From Pseudomonadota bacterium (lineage in GTDB: Bacteria; Pseudomonadota; Gammaproteobacteria; UBA12402), in the NCBI GenBank assembly GCA_039190005.1, contig JBCCYM010000004.1, forward strand, positions 1 through 60,622: a stretch of 60,622 nt of DNA, read 5' to 3'. Below, piece after piece: positions 49,401-58,200 of the stretch. Under the pieces are notes generated by a model. That model ran no database searches, was not told the DNA's origin, and saw nothing but the letters and a program-made list of their open reading frames with translations. Position 1 is the stretch's first letter, and each line of letters starts with the position of its first letter. The translations under genes were made by a program, and so were the position numbers.

Positions 49401-50277
49401 GCTGCTCTCCTCGACGACCGGAATAGTGTGCTGTAGATAAGAAAAAGACTAATAATAACCCTAAAAACAGTTTTAAATAAATCGGATTTAAACCACTTGC
49501 CAATAAGGCATTCAATGCCAAGAAATAAATATAGACGCCAATAAAACAACAAAATAAATCGAGTGCGGCGCTAAAATGATGCTTGCGCGATACCAACAAG
49601 GATTTAACCAATTGGCAACCAATGACGACAGCACCAATGCCGACCAAAGCCATGCCCTCGCCCATCTGCACACTGGAAAAGCCATTCGCTTGCGCCGTCA
49701 TCACCCCCGATAATGCCGCGAGCAAATTACTCAAACCCAAACCCAAGGCAAGATACACTGCCGATTTAAAGCCTAAACGGCTCACTAAATAAGGATTGCT
49801 ACCCAAAGCACGTAGAATCAAGCCTACTCGGCTGCGTAACAAGAGCATTAAAAGCAACATCAATATCAGGGTAAACGCTAACAAAAATCCCCACAACGGT
49901 ACACCGCCAGCGGTCTGAAGAAAAATACGGTTATCTGTCAACCCGATGGTTGGTCTGCCCATCACCATAAAATTGATACTGTAGAGCATAAACACGGCAA
50001 GAATACCGGCAATCAGTGAATTGATTTTTGCCGCCCGTTGCATGATACACACCGCGACACCAATGACAAAACCACCGAGTAAAGCGAAAATAATTGCTAA
50101 TGATTGCGAATAGTTTGTGGTAAACAGGCGGGCAAAAATTGAAGCGCCGAGCACAAATGTGCCACCAACAGTTAAATCGGTTAATACCAGAACTTCGTAG
50201 CTAATATAAATACCCAAGGCTAGCGGTAAAAAAATCAAACTCTGTTGCAAAGCCGATAATATGATATGTAAGAACAT
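49375..50277 (-). CDS. ABC transporter permease (putative aromatic amino acid importer)
   Basis: DLTVGGTF, LIAGIL..LYSIN..MGRP, LRALGSN, GLGLSNLLAALSG, GIGAVVIG. Confidence 0.85.
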   Translation of the reverse strand: MFLHIILSALQQSLIFLPLALGIYISYEVLVLTDLTVGGTFVLGASIFARLFTTNYSQSLAIIFALLGGFVIGVAVCIMQRAAKINSLIAGILAVFMLYSINFMVMGRPTIGLTDNRIFLQTAGGVPLWGFLLAFTLILMLLLMLLLRSRVGLILRALGSNPYLVSRLGFKSAVYLALGLGLSNLLAALSGVMTAQANGFSSVQMGEGMALVGIGAVVIGCQLVKSLLVSRKHHFSAALDLFCCFIGVYIYFLALNALLASGLNPIYLKLFLGLLLVFFLSTAHYSGRRGEQHGELAQIK

Positions 50278-50289
50278 GTTTGATCTCCC

Positions 50290-51252
50290 CTACTGACGCC
50301 GAAAAACAACAATCGGATAAGCCAAGGCTTTCGCTGCCTTTTCCAGTTGGTCGACAGTAAAACCCTGATGCGCGGTTGCCGCGCTATTGACAAAGACGGT
50401 ATAGTTTTCCATCACTTGCGTTGATTTTGCAGGCTTAGCTTGTTTATTCAATACCTCTAGTAATAAATTCGCGGCGGCAATACCGACATCATATTGCTTC
50501 ACGCCCAGCGCGAATGCCGCGCCGTTCTGCACCGAACCATTATCGGAGGCAATCAGAGGAATATACTGTGCTTCCGCCTGTTTTACCAATGGACTGATAC
50601 CGCCCATCACCACCGGGTCTTGCAACATATACATAGCCTGAGTATGTGGATTCAACGAATGCACCCTACGATAAATATCAGAACGATTTTTAACCGCGAG
50701 GTTTTCGATGGTGATGCCATATTGTCCAGCAATACTGTTTAATTGTTGTACTTGATCAATAATAAAAGGATCATCACTATGTATTAAGGTTAAGTATTTC
50801 AGTGTTGGCAATGCCGCGTGAATAAACTGCAACTGCTTTTGTGGCGACGGCATATCCTGTAAGATCACAAGATTTTTATGATTGCCTGCTGAAAGTTGCG
50901 CATCGCTTGCCGCAATAGCAATAATCGGTTTTTGTTGAATCGCGTCAACCGCCAGTCTGCTGGCAGATAAGCCTATCGGCACAATCACGTCTATGTCTGA
51001 CTGATTAAACTGTGCCACCAGTGATTTAAGCCTTTGCGGATTGTTTCTCGCGTTTTTGACAATAATGTCAACATTGCCCGGATAAGCTTTTTTTAATTGG
51101 GTTTCAAAGCCAGCGACTACCTGATCCATCGACGGTAATTCCATCGGCAATACTACCGCCACGCGAATCGATCGATCGCTTGTCGATTGATGGCATCCCA
51201 TCAAGATCGGCAACAGGCTAAATAATATTAATAATGAATAGAGTCGACGCAC
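50290..51252 (-). CDS. ABC transporter substrate-binding lipoprotein (ABC_sub_bind type)
   Basis: Lipobox LMGC; IPLIASDNGSVQNGA..ALGVKQY..G..AA. Confidence 0.8.
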   Translation of the reverse strand: MRRLYSLLILFSLLPILMGCHQSTSDRSIRVAVVLPMELPSMDQVVAGFETQLKKAYPGNVDIIVKNARNNPQRLKSLVAQFNQSDIDVIVPIGLSASRLAVDAIQQKPIIAIAASDAQLSAGNHKNLVILQDMPSPQKQLQFIHAALPTLKYLTLIHSDDPFIIDQVQQLNSIAGQYGITIENLAVKNRSDIYRRVHSLNPHTQAMYMLQDPVVMGGISPLVKQAEAQYIPLIASDNGSVQNGAAFALGVKQYDVGIAAANLLLEVLNKQAKPAKSTQVMENYTVFVNSAATAHQGFTVDQLEKAAKALAYPIVVFRRQ

Positions 51253-51405
51253 TTTTGTTTCCGCTTAAATTTATCTTTTGTAATTACGAGACATTACAAA
51301 ATATCAAATAAAATGTATCTGTCAACTATTTTTGATAATGAAAACTGGCATTTTGTTCAAGATAACTTATAATAACGCGCTGGGTATAAATATTACAATA
51401 CTATT

Positions 51406-51846
51406 ATGAATGAAACACAATTACTGACATTTATCAGCCAACATTGGTTACTGGCAGCGCTATTTGTCATTCTGCTAGCCATGATTCTGAGCTATGACCG
51501 CGTTTTTGGCAGTCATGGGAAATCAGGCATATCGCCTCAGCAATTAGTGACGTTAATTAATCGACATGACGCTGTTATTGTTGACTTACGCCAGCGAGAA
51601 GCGTTTCGACAAAAGCATATCATTGACGCCATTAATATTCCGACCGCGCAACTTGAAAAAAGTATTGATAAGCTCAATCAATATGAAGGCAAACCGATTA
51701 TTTTAGTGCAAAACAATGATACACAAATCAATAAACAGATAAAACTGTTACAGAGCAAGCTGACCTCCGAAGTAAAATTTCTGATCGGCGGTTTTCGTGC
51801 CTGGCAAGACGCAGGTTTACCTACTCACAAAGGTCAAAAGAAATGA
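51406..51846 (+). CDS. Rhodanese-like protein (YibN type)
   Basis: N-terminal TM, VIVDLR..F..HIIDAINIP, LIGGFRAWQDAGLP; precedes grxC-secB-gpsA. Confidence 0.88.
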   Translation: MNETQLLTFISQHWLLAALFVILLAMILSYDRVFGSHGKSGISPQQLVTLINRHDAVIVDLRQREAFRQKHIIDAINIPTAQLEKSIDKLNQYEGKPIILVQNNDTQINKQIKLLQSKLTSEVKFLIGGFRAWQDAGLPTHKGQKK

Positions 51847-52103
51847 ATGTGGTGATTTATAGCACCGCACGATGCCCATCTTGCACTCGCGCTGAGAATT
51901 TATTACAATCTAAAGGTATTGCTTACGATAAAATTCTTGTTGATAATGATATTGACAAACGCAACGAGATGTTACAACGCAGCAACGGGCGACGCACAGT
52001 GCCACAAATCTTTATTAACGAGCAACATATCGGCGGTTATGATGATCTGGCAGAACTGAATCGCAGTGGTAAACTTGATCAATTACTTAATCAGGAAAAA
52101 TAA
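51843..52103 (+). CDS. grxC: Glutaredoxin 3
   Basis: CPSC, TVPQIFI, IGGYDDL. Confidence 0.92.
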   Translation: MNVVIYSTARCPSCTRAENLLQSKGIAYDKILVDNDIDKRNEMLQRSNGRRTVPQIFINEQHIGGYDDLAELNRSGKLDQLLNQEK

Positions 52104-52104
52104 A

Positions 52105-52605
52105 ATGGCAGACAATCAAACACAACAAAACACGCAAACACAACAGAATATTGATATTCAACGTATTTATATTAAAGATTTATCACTGGAAACCCCCGGC
52201 GCACCAGATGTATTTTTGCAACAAGAGCAGTGGGAACCGCAAACCAATATTGATCTCAATATTCAACACAAACAATTAAAAGATAATCACTACGAAGTTG
52301 TGTTACGCATTACCGTGACCATTACCAATAAAGAACAAGCGGTACTGGTGACTGAAGTCAAGCAAGCGGCGATTTTTAATATCACTGGCTTTAACGCTGA
52401 ACAGCTCGATCATGTGCTTGGCGCTTACTGTCCCAGCTTACTCTTTCCTTACGCCAGAGAAGCGATTTCCAGTATGTCTATACGCGCGACCATGCCACCG
52501 ATTAATCTAGCGCCATTGAATTTTGACGCGATATATCAGCAACAAAAAGCAAACGCAGCGAATAATCAGAGCGAAGCCAAAGCAAATTCACAAACAACCC
52601 ATTAG
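52105..52605 (+). CDS. secB: Protein-export chaperone SecB
   Basis: IQRIYIKDLSLETP, CPSLLFPYARE, LAPLNFDAIY. Confidence 0.96.
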   Translation: MADNQTQQNTQTQQNIDIQRIYIKDLSLETPGAPDVFLQQEQWEPQTNIDLNIQHKQLKDNHYEVVLRITVTITNKEQAVLVTEVKQAAIFNITGFNAEQLDHVLGAYCPSLLFPYAREAISSMSIRATMPPINLAPLNFDAIYQQQKANAANNQSEAKANSQTTH

Positions 52606-52617
52606 TCCTGTTCATTT

Positions 52618-53619
52618 ATGACAACAGTTGCTATCTTAGGTGCTGGCTCCTGGGGTACGGCATTGGCAATTCACCTTGCCAACTATCATCAGCAAGTCTA
52701 TCTGTGGACCGCAAGCCCTCAGCAAGTGCGACAACTGTCCGATGAGCGCTGCAACACATTATACTTGCCTGGCATTCATCTACCGGATCAGATTACTATA
52801 GAAAGTGATTTAGAGGCAGTACTTCATCAAGCCAATGATATTATTTGCGCTGTTCCCAGTCACGCGTTTAAAGCAGTGATCAAAAAATGCCATGATCACA
52901 TCGGTGAAAATAATACCCATTACCGATTCGCTTCCGCCTGCAAAGGTATTGATCCATCATCCTGTTTGCTACTCAGCGACATCGCCAAGAAAATATTAGG
53001 CAATCTGCCATTAGCGGTATTATCTGGTCCATCATTCGCTAAAGAATTAGCGCGAGCCATGCCGACAGCTATTGTCATTGCCGCTAATAATGATACGTTT
53101 ACCAATGATTTAGTAAGCTATTTTAATCATGGCAAGTTACGCGTCTACCGCAATCGCGACATGATCGGCGTACAAGTTGGTGGCGCGTTAAAAAACATCT
53201 ATGCCATTGCCGCCGGTATTTCCGATGGACTAGGTTTTGGCAGCAATGCCCGTTCCGCGATTATTACTCGCGGTCTGGCTGAAATGACCCGACTAGGCAC
53301 GGCAATGGGTGCTGAACAAAAAACCTTTATGGGACTTTCCGGACTTGGCGATTTAGTACTGACCTGCACTGATAATCAATCACGCAACCGCCGTTTCGGA
53401 TTGGCTTTGGGACAAGGCAACAGTGTCATTGACGCTGAAAAACGCATTGCCCAAGTGATAGAAGGTAAAACAACCGCTGAACATGTTACCGAATTAGCTA
53501 AAAAACACCATATCGAGATGCCGATTGCTGAGCAAGTCCATCAATGTATCAAAGGACAAACCTCAGCACAGCAGGCGTTACAATCGTTGTTAGCCAGAAA
53601 AACTAAAAATGAGTTTTAG
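52618..53619 (+). CDS. gpsA: NAD(P)H-dependent glycerol-3-phosphate dehydrogenase
   Basis: GAGSWGTALA, LSGPSFA, LKNIYAI, GLGDLVLTC, SRNRRFG. Confidence 0.97.
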   Translation: MTTVAILGAGSWGTALAIHLANYHQQVYLWTASPQQVRQLSDERCNTLYLPGIHLPDQITIESDLEAVLHQANDIICAVPSHAFKAVIKKCHDHIGENNTHYRFASACKGIDPSSCLLLSDIAKKILGNLPLAVLSGPSFAKELARAMPTAIVIAANNDTFTNDLVSYFNHGKLRVYRNRDMIGVQVGGALKNIYAIAAGISDGLGFGSNARSAIITRGLAEMTRLGTAMGAEQKTFMGLSGLGDLVLTCTDNQSRNRRFGLALGQGNSVIDAEKRIAQVIEGKTTAEHVTELAKKHHIEMPIAEQVHQCIKGQTSAQQALQSLLARKTKNEF

Positions 53620-53703
53620 ATCTAAATAGTTTAGAGTTATCATACCAATCGAGCAAAAGAACTGCTTATATTACATACACAATAAAAAAAGAGGTCAAAT
53701 AAT

Positions 53704-54156
53704 ATGAAAAATTTAACGGTATTAACAACTACATTTTTGCTAACAGTTGCAGTCTCTATCCAAATTTCCGCAACACCGAGCAATTACTTACCAAAACGTT
53801 GCCCCGAACCTTCAACTTTTGGCGATAAAATAAATATGTATCGCGCTGGCAGCAAAGGCACTCATAGCGGCTATTATTTCACTTCGACTGTTAACGGCAT
53901 TGATTTTGCCAGTCCCGCTTATGAATATGAATCAGGATACGCAAAAAAACCTAGCAGATTAATCGCTGTTCACAGCGAGCCCAATCCTAAAGGAAGACCT
54001 AGTGAAAACATTACTTGCTTTTATGAAAATGGTGTAGCAATGTCAAATGACGGTGATGAATGGGGTATGATTAAATGGAGAAACGCTCAGCATAAATTCT
54101 TTTGTCTCAAAACCGCTGGCTCAGATGACTGCCAATTCTGGTTTGTCAGAAATTAA
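53704..54156 (+). CDS. Secreted four-cysteine hypothetical protein (DUF3757-like pattern)
   Basis: Signal peptide; CP..CFY..C..DCQF cysteine spacing. Confidence 0.6.
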   Translation: MKNLTVLTTTFLLTVAVSIQISATPSNYLPKRCPEPSTFGDKINMYRAGSKGTHSGYYFTSTVNGIDFASPAYEYESGYAKKPSRLIAVHSEPNPKGRPSENITCFYENGVAMSNDGDEWGMIKWRNAQHKFFCLKTAGSDDCQFWFVRN

Positions 54157-54321
54157 ACCTTAAAACCGCAGTTGGCGGCAAGATGAGAGTGCAACAGATT
54201 GATTTGGATAGTGAAATAAAAATTTGCGTAGTCACCTTGTTGGTGATGAGCAAAATTTTTATTTTATTAGGCAAATTAAGATGTTGTGCTCTCGCTTGGC
54301 GATCAACTGCGGTTTTAAGGT
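54157..54321. mobile_element. 165-bp palindromic MITE with TAA target duplication
   Basis: TAA|ACCTTAAAACCGCAGTTG ... CAACTGCGGTTTTAAGGT|TAA (18-bp perfect TIR), imperfectly self-complementary interior. Confidence 0.8.
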
Positions 54322-54415
54322 TAAATAGCGTCAATAATAGTTTTACTCATATACACTTGGTTAATGAAATAAACACTTTTATATTTGAAAACAAAGCGTT
54401 AGCCCCCTAATCAAA

Positions 54416-54486
54416 CTGTTGCAAAATTTGCAACAGCTTAAAAGGGACTGTTGAAATCTAAATTGTTTTAGTATTTCAACAGTCCC
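54416..54486. repeat. Two adjacent short palindromes resembling collapsed IS-end pairs
   Basis: CTGTTGCAAA-A-TTTGCAACAG (54416-54436) and GGGACTGTTGAAAT..ATTTCAACAGTCCC (54444-54486). Confidence 0.55.
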
Positions 54487-54575
54487 AAAAAGAAGGCGAT
54501 AAAAACGTTAGACGGACGATTGATTATTATAATCTAAAAGATGGATTCTAGATCTTAATGTTTTAGATTTAGCAT

Positions 54576-54821
54576 TTAGAATACCAAATGATTTAAGAAA
54601 TGCATTAAATCTTCACTTTTAACTTCAGTTTTTTGTTTATCTATGATATTCTTTGCATTATCTTGCAATAGTCCCCCGGAATATTTGATCCATAATTCTT
54701 TATCTCGAACTTCTTTTATTTAAAATTCGCGACCACTTGACGTTTTTCCTCTTATTTCACGATTAATTACATTAGATAATTGTTTTCTAAAGGTGGCAAC
54801 AAGTGAGACTATTATTGTGAT
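54576..54821 (-). pseudogene. Decayed AT-rich reading frame of unknown family
   Basis: 82 codons (ITIIVSLVATFRKQLSNVINREIRG..EF*IKEVRDKELWIK..HLVF*) with one in-frame stop and no start codon. Confidence 0.3.
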
Positions 54822-54919
54822 TCAAATAATAATTTGTAAGATAATAGGGTTGAAAAATCCATAAATTAAGAAATACCAATAGTAAAAACAAGTCAGTTTA
54901 GTTAACAGGAGAATATTTT

Positions 54920-55879
54920 ATGTCAGAAATCATCATTTATAAAGCTAAAGACGGGCATATTGAGTTGAAAGTCAATTTGTCTGAAGAAACAGTTTGGCTT
55001 ACACAGAAGCAACTCTCTGATTTATTTGATAAAAACGTCAAAACCATTTCTGAACACATTAATAATATCTTTAATGAAGGTGAATTGGATGAAAGTTCAG
55101 CTATCCGGAATTTCCGGATAACTGCTCTAGATGGAAAGTTATATAATACTAAGCACTATAATTTAGATGCCATTATTTCTGTTGGTTATCGTGTTCACTC
55201 GAAACGTGGTACAGAATTTAGACAATGGGCGACTCAAATGTTAAAAGATCACCTTATTAGTGGCTATAGCATCAATGAAAAACGTTTGGCTGAACGTGGC
55301 ATCAAAGAACTACAACAATCCATCGAATTACTGCAAAAAACACTGACCCAGAATGAATTAGTCAATGACGTTGGCGTTGAGACAATTCAATTAATCATGA
55401 GCTACACCAAAACATGGCAGTTATTATTAGCTTACGATGAAGATGACTTAAAACTGCCGGAACCAAATAACGCATCTACCGCGGAACTAACATATGAATT
55501 CGCCATCAAAGCAATTGCGACATTGAAATGCGACCTTGCCGAAAGAAATGAAGCCACCGCCTTATTCGGCAATGAGCGCGAGCATGGTCTTCAAAGTATT
55601 CTAGGCAACATTAATCAAACCTTTGCCGGCGAAGTACTTTATAAAACAGCAGAAGAACGCGCGGCCCACTTGCTCTATTTTATTATAAAAGATCATCCTT
55701 TTACTGATGGTAATAAACGGATTGGCTGTCTTATTTTTTTACTTTATCTTAAACTTGAAAGTATTGTCATCAAACTAAATGATAACGGTCTAGTCGCGCT
55801 CGCCCTACTCATTGCTGAAAGCAATCCTGGTCAAAAAGATCTGATGATTCGTTTAATTGTTAATTTACTCATGGATTAA
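54920..55879 (+). CDS. RhuM-domain plus Fic/Doc-domain protein
   Basis: N-terminal ETVWLTQKQLSDLF..YNLDAIISVGYRVHS..FRQWA; C-terminal Fic motif HPFTDGNKRIG. Confidence 0.9.
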   Translation: MSEIIIYKAKDGHIELKVNLSEETVWLTQKQLSDLFDKNVKTISEHINNIFNEGELDESSAIRNFRITALDGKLYNTKHYNLDAIISVGYRVHSKRGTEFRQWATQMLKDHLISGYSINEKRLAERGIKELQQSIELLQKTLTQNELVNDVGVETIQLIMSYTKTWQLLLAYDEDDLKLPEPNNASTAELTYEFAIKAIATLKCDLAERNEATALFGNEREHGLQSILGNINQTFAGEVLYKTAEERAAHLLYFIIKDHPFTDGNKRIGCLIFLLYLKLESIVIKLNDNGLVALALLIAESNPGQKDLMIRLIVNLLMD

Positions 55880-55882
55880 TAA

Positions 55883-55941
55883 ACCTAAAAACCGCCCTTC
55901 GACCCTTCGACAAGCTCAGGGCAAGCAGGCTCAGGGACCAC
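55883..55941. repeat. MITE left end plus nested REP unit
   Basis: TAA|ACCTAAAAACCG-CCCTTCGACCCTTCGACAAGCTCAGGGCAAGCAGGCTCAGGGACCAC. Confidence 0.85.
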
Positions 55942-55970
55942 TGTTACTAAAATCGACAATTACAGAAACA

Positions 55971-57557
55971 TCATCCTACCGGATGATCAGCCAAAAATTC
56001 AGACAAACGTTGTTTAAACAGGTTCTTAGGCAGTTTTATGTTAATCGCCATCACATAGGTGACAACACATATTAACAAAATATAAACCGAACTCGATTGG
56101 AGTGAAAGTTTAGCCGTGCCGCCAAAGTCACCTAAATAACTGATTAAAAACATACCGGCAATATAGGGAATCAACCATAAGCCCAATGAAAACTCTTTTG
56201 GCCATAAGGTTTTATGACGGAACATCGCCTGAACAAATAAACAGAAGAAAACAATGCCCATGAAAATGGTTAAATGCCAAACCGTTGACCAACCACTCCA
56301 GTAAATAAGCAAGGCTGAAAAATAATAAGATAACAAATTGATCCCCATATAAATCAATCGTCTCAGTTTTGAATGATTTTGTTTATTGTAGATATAAAAA
56401 ATATGCATCACAATCGGTCCAAACGCGTAAGTTAAAGCCTGAACGGAAACAATCATCGACACCATTTCTTGCCAGCCATGAAAAGGCAAAAAGAACAACA
56501 TCGACACCACAAAATTGACAATTAAACTGACATGCGGCACGCCATAGCGATTGAGTTTTTTCATTATCTTGGGCACCATACCAATTTCGGCAATCGCGTA
56601 ACTTATACGCGCTGTCTCCACGGTAGTAATAAACGCGGCGCCAACAGGAGAAATCACCGAGTCGGTATAAAGTAATAACGCTAACCACCCCAAACCAAGC
56701 AAAGAAGCCAAAGTCACTAAAGGACTGGTTTGCCCAACCACCTGCATATCCTGCCAGCCCTGATGAATTGACACGGCCGGCAAAGAACCAGTAAACGCTG
56801 TTTGTAGGGCAACATACATAATCACAATACAGATTGTCGAACCAATGATGCCAAACGGAATCGTGCTTTTAGGTTTTGCCACTTCGGCGCTAATATTGAC
56901 AATCCCAAGAAAACCGACATACGAAAATAGAATGCCGCCATTACTAATTGCCGCTAACAAACCGGTCATGCCAAAAGGCATAAACCCACCATGACTGGAA
57001 AAATTGGATAGGCTAAAATGATCAAAAAATAAAACAATAATTGTAACAATCGGAATAATTGTTTTCCATCCGCCCAAAACATTACTCACATGTTTTGCCA
57101 GCGCGATGCCAAAATAGTTAAACAACACCAACGCCAACATAATAATGGTCGCGACAAGCAACCCTAACGCGGTTAATCGGTCATTGACAAAAAGTCCCGG
57201 AAAGAAATGCGACGAGTATTGCAAGGCTGATTGCGTTTCGATAGGTTGATAAAATGTCGTCCCCAACCATGTTAGCCAGCCAACAATACGCGACACCGAC
57301 ACACCTTGTGAAATCGACGCGTACTGTATGATGCCACCTGAAGCCGGAAATGATGAGCATAAGACAATAAACGGCGCGGCGATGACAATAATCATCACCC
57401 CACCCAATATCCATGAGAGGCTCGCCGCAGGGCCAGCAATTTTGAGCGAATAAAATGGACCAAACAACCAACCGGAACCGACAGCCGAATTAATGCCGAA
57501 AAGCAGCAGAGAAAGTTTACCGATATTCTTTTTTATTTCATTGGTCATTTTAATCAT
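55971..57557 (-). CDS. APC-family amino acid permease (YveA-like)
   Basis: GINSAVGSGWLFG, AGPAASLSW, FSYVGF..AEVAKP, NRYGVP; about 14 TM segments. Confidence 0.88.
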   Translation of the reverse strand: MIKMTNEIKKNIGKLSLLLFGINSAVGSGWLFGPFYSLKIAGPAASLSWILGGVMIIVIAAPFIVLCSSFPASGGIIQYASISQGVSVSRIVGWLTWLGTTFYQPIETQSALQYSSHFFPGLFVNDRLTALGLLVATIIMLALVLFNYFGIALAKHVSNVLGGWKTIIPIVTIIVLFFDHFSLSNFSSHGGFMPFGMTGLLAAISNGGILFSYVGFLGIVNISAEVAKPKSTIPFGIIGSTICIVIMYVALQTAFTGSLPAVSIHQGWQDMQVVGQTSPLVTLASLLGLGWLALLLYTDSVISPVGAAFITTVETARISYAIAEIGMVPKIMKKLNRYGVPHVSLIVNFVVSMLFFLPFHGWQEMVSMIVSVQALTYAFGPIVMHIFYIYNKQNHSKLRRLIYMGINLLSYYFSALLIYWSGWSTVWHLTIFMGIVFFCLFVQAMFRHKTLWPKEFSLGLWLIPYIAGMFLISYLGDFGGTAKLSLQSSSVYILLICVVTYVMAINIKLPKNLFKQRLSEFLADHPVG

Positions 57558-57560
57558 TGA

Positions 57561-57772
57561 ACCTAAAAATCGCAGCGCCCTCTGAGCCCGTCAAAAGGCA
57601 TAACAAGCTCTCCGAGAATATTCTCTGGCTTCGACAAGCTCAGCCATCTATAAGGGTGGTCCCTGAGCTCGTCGAAGGGCGGTCCCTGAGCCTGCTTGCC
57701 CTGAGCCTGTCGAAGGGTCGAAGGGCGGTCCCTGAACCTGCTTGCCCTGAGCTTGTCGAAGGGTCGAAGGGT
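57561..57772. repeat. MITE left end, 60-bp module, tandem and nested REP units
   Basis: TGA|ACCTAAAAATCGC.. then GGCATAAC..GGCTTCGACAAGCTCAGCCATCTATA and two CCTG-CTTGCCCTGAGC(C/T)TGTCGAAGGG-TCGAAGGG nested units. Confidence 0.88.
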
Positions 57773-57782
57773 TGGTAGCAAA

Positions 57783-57837
57783 ATGAGAGTGTAACAGATT
57801 GATTGGGATAGTGACATAAAAAATTGGCGCACTCACC
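57783..57837. repeat. Partial second copy of the interior of the 54157-54321 MITE
   Basis: ATGAGAGTGTAACAGATTGATTGGGATAGTGACATAAAAAATT vs ATGAGAGTGCAACAGATTGATTTGGATAGTGAAATAAAAATTT. Confidence 0.75.
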
Positions 57838-57924
57838 CTTATGTACAAATCAAAGGGACATTATCCTGATGCCATCTATTGTATATGTCTTTAATGAGGC
57901 TGTTATCCGTCATCCCCAAATAGG

Positions 57925-58082
57925 CGGTCCCTGAGCTTGTCGAAGGGTTGAAGGATGGTCCAGCTTTTCAAAAGGCATAACAAGCGCTCCAAGAACATTC
58001 TTTGGCTTCGACAAGCTCAGCCATCTATAAGGGCGGTCCCTGAACCTGCTTGCCCTGAGCTTGTCGAAGGGTCGAAGGATGG
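57925..58082. repeat. REP cluster duplicating the 57593-57772 arrangement
   Basis: GGTCCCTGAGCTTGTCGAAGGG, 60-bp module at 57970-58029, nested unit CCTGAACCTGCTTGCCCTGAGCTTGTCGAAGGGTCGAAGG. Confidence 0.85.
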
Positions 58083-58200
58083 GAGTGATAAGCAAAAAAT
58101 AGAAACTAGGCTATCTCCAGGCCTGTTTATCTCAACAACTTATGTACAAAAGACAGGAGCTGTTGAAAACTCGGCTCAGCTAACCACACCCTATTCAGCA

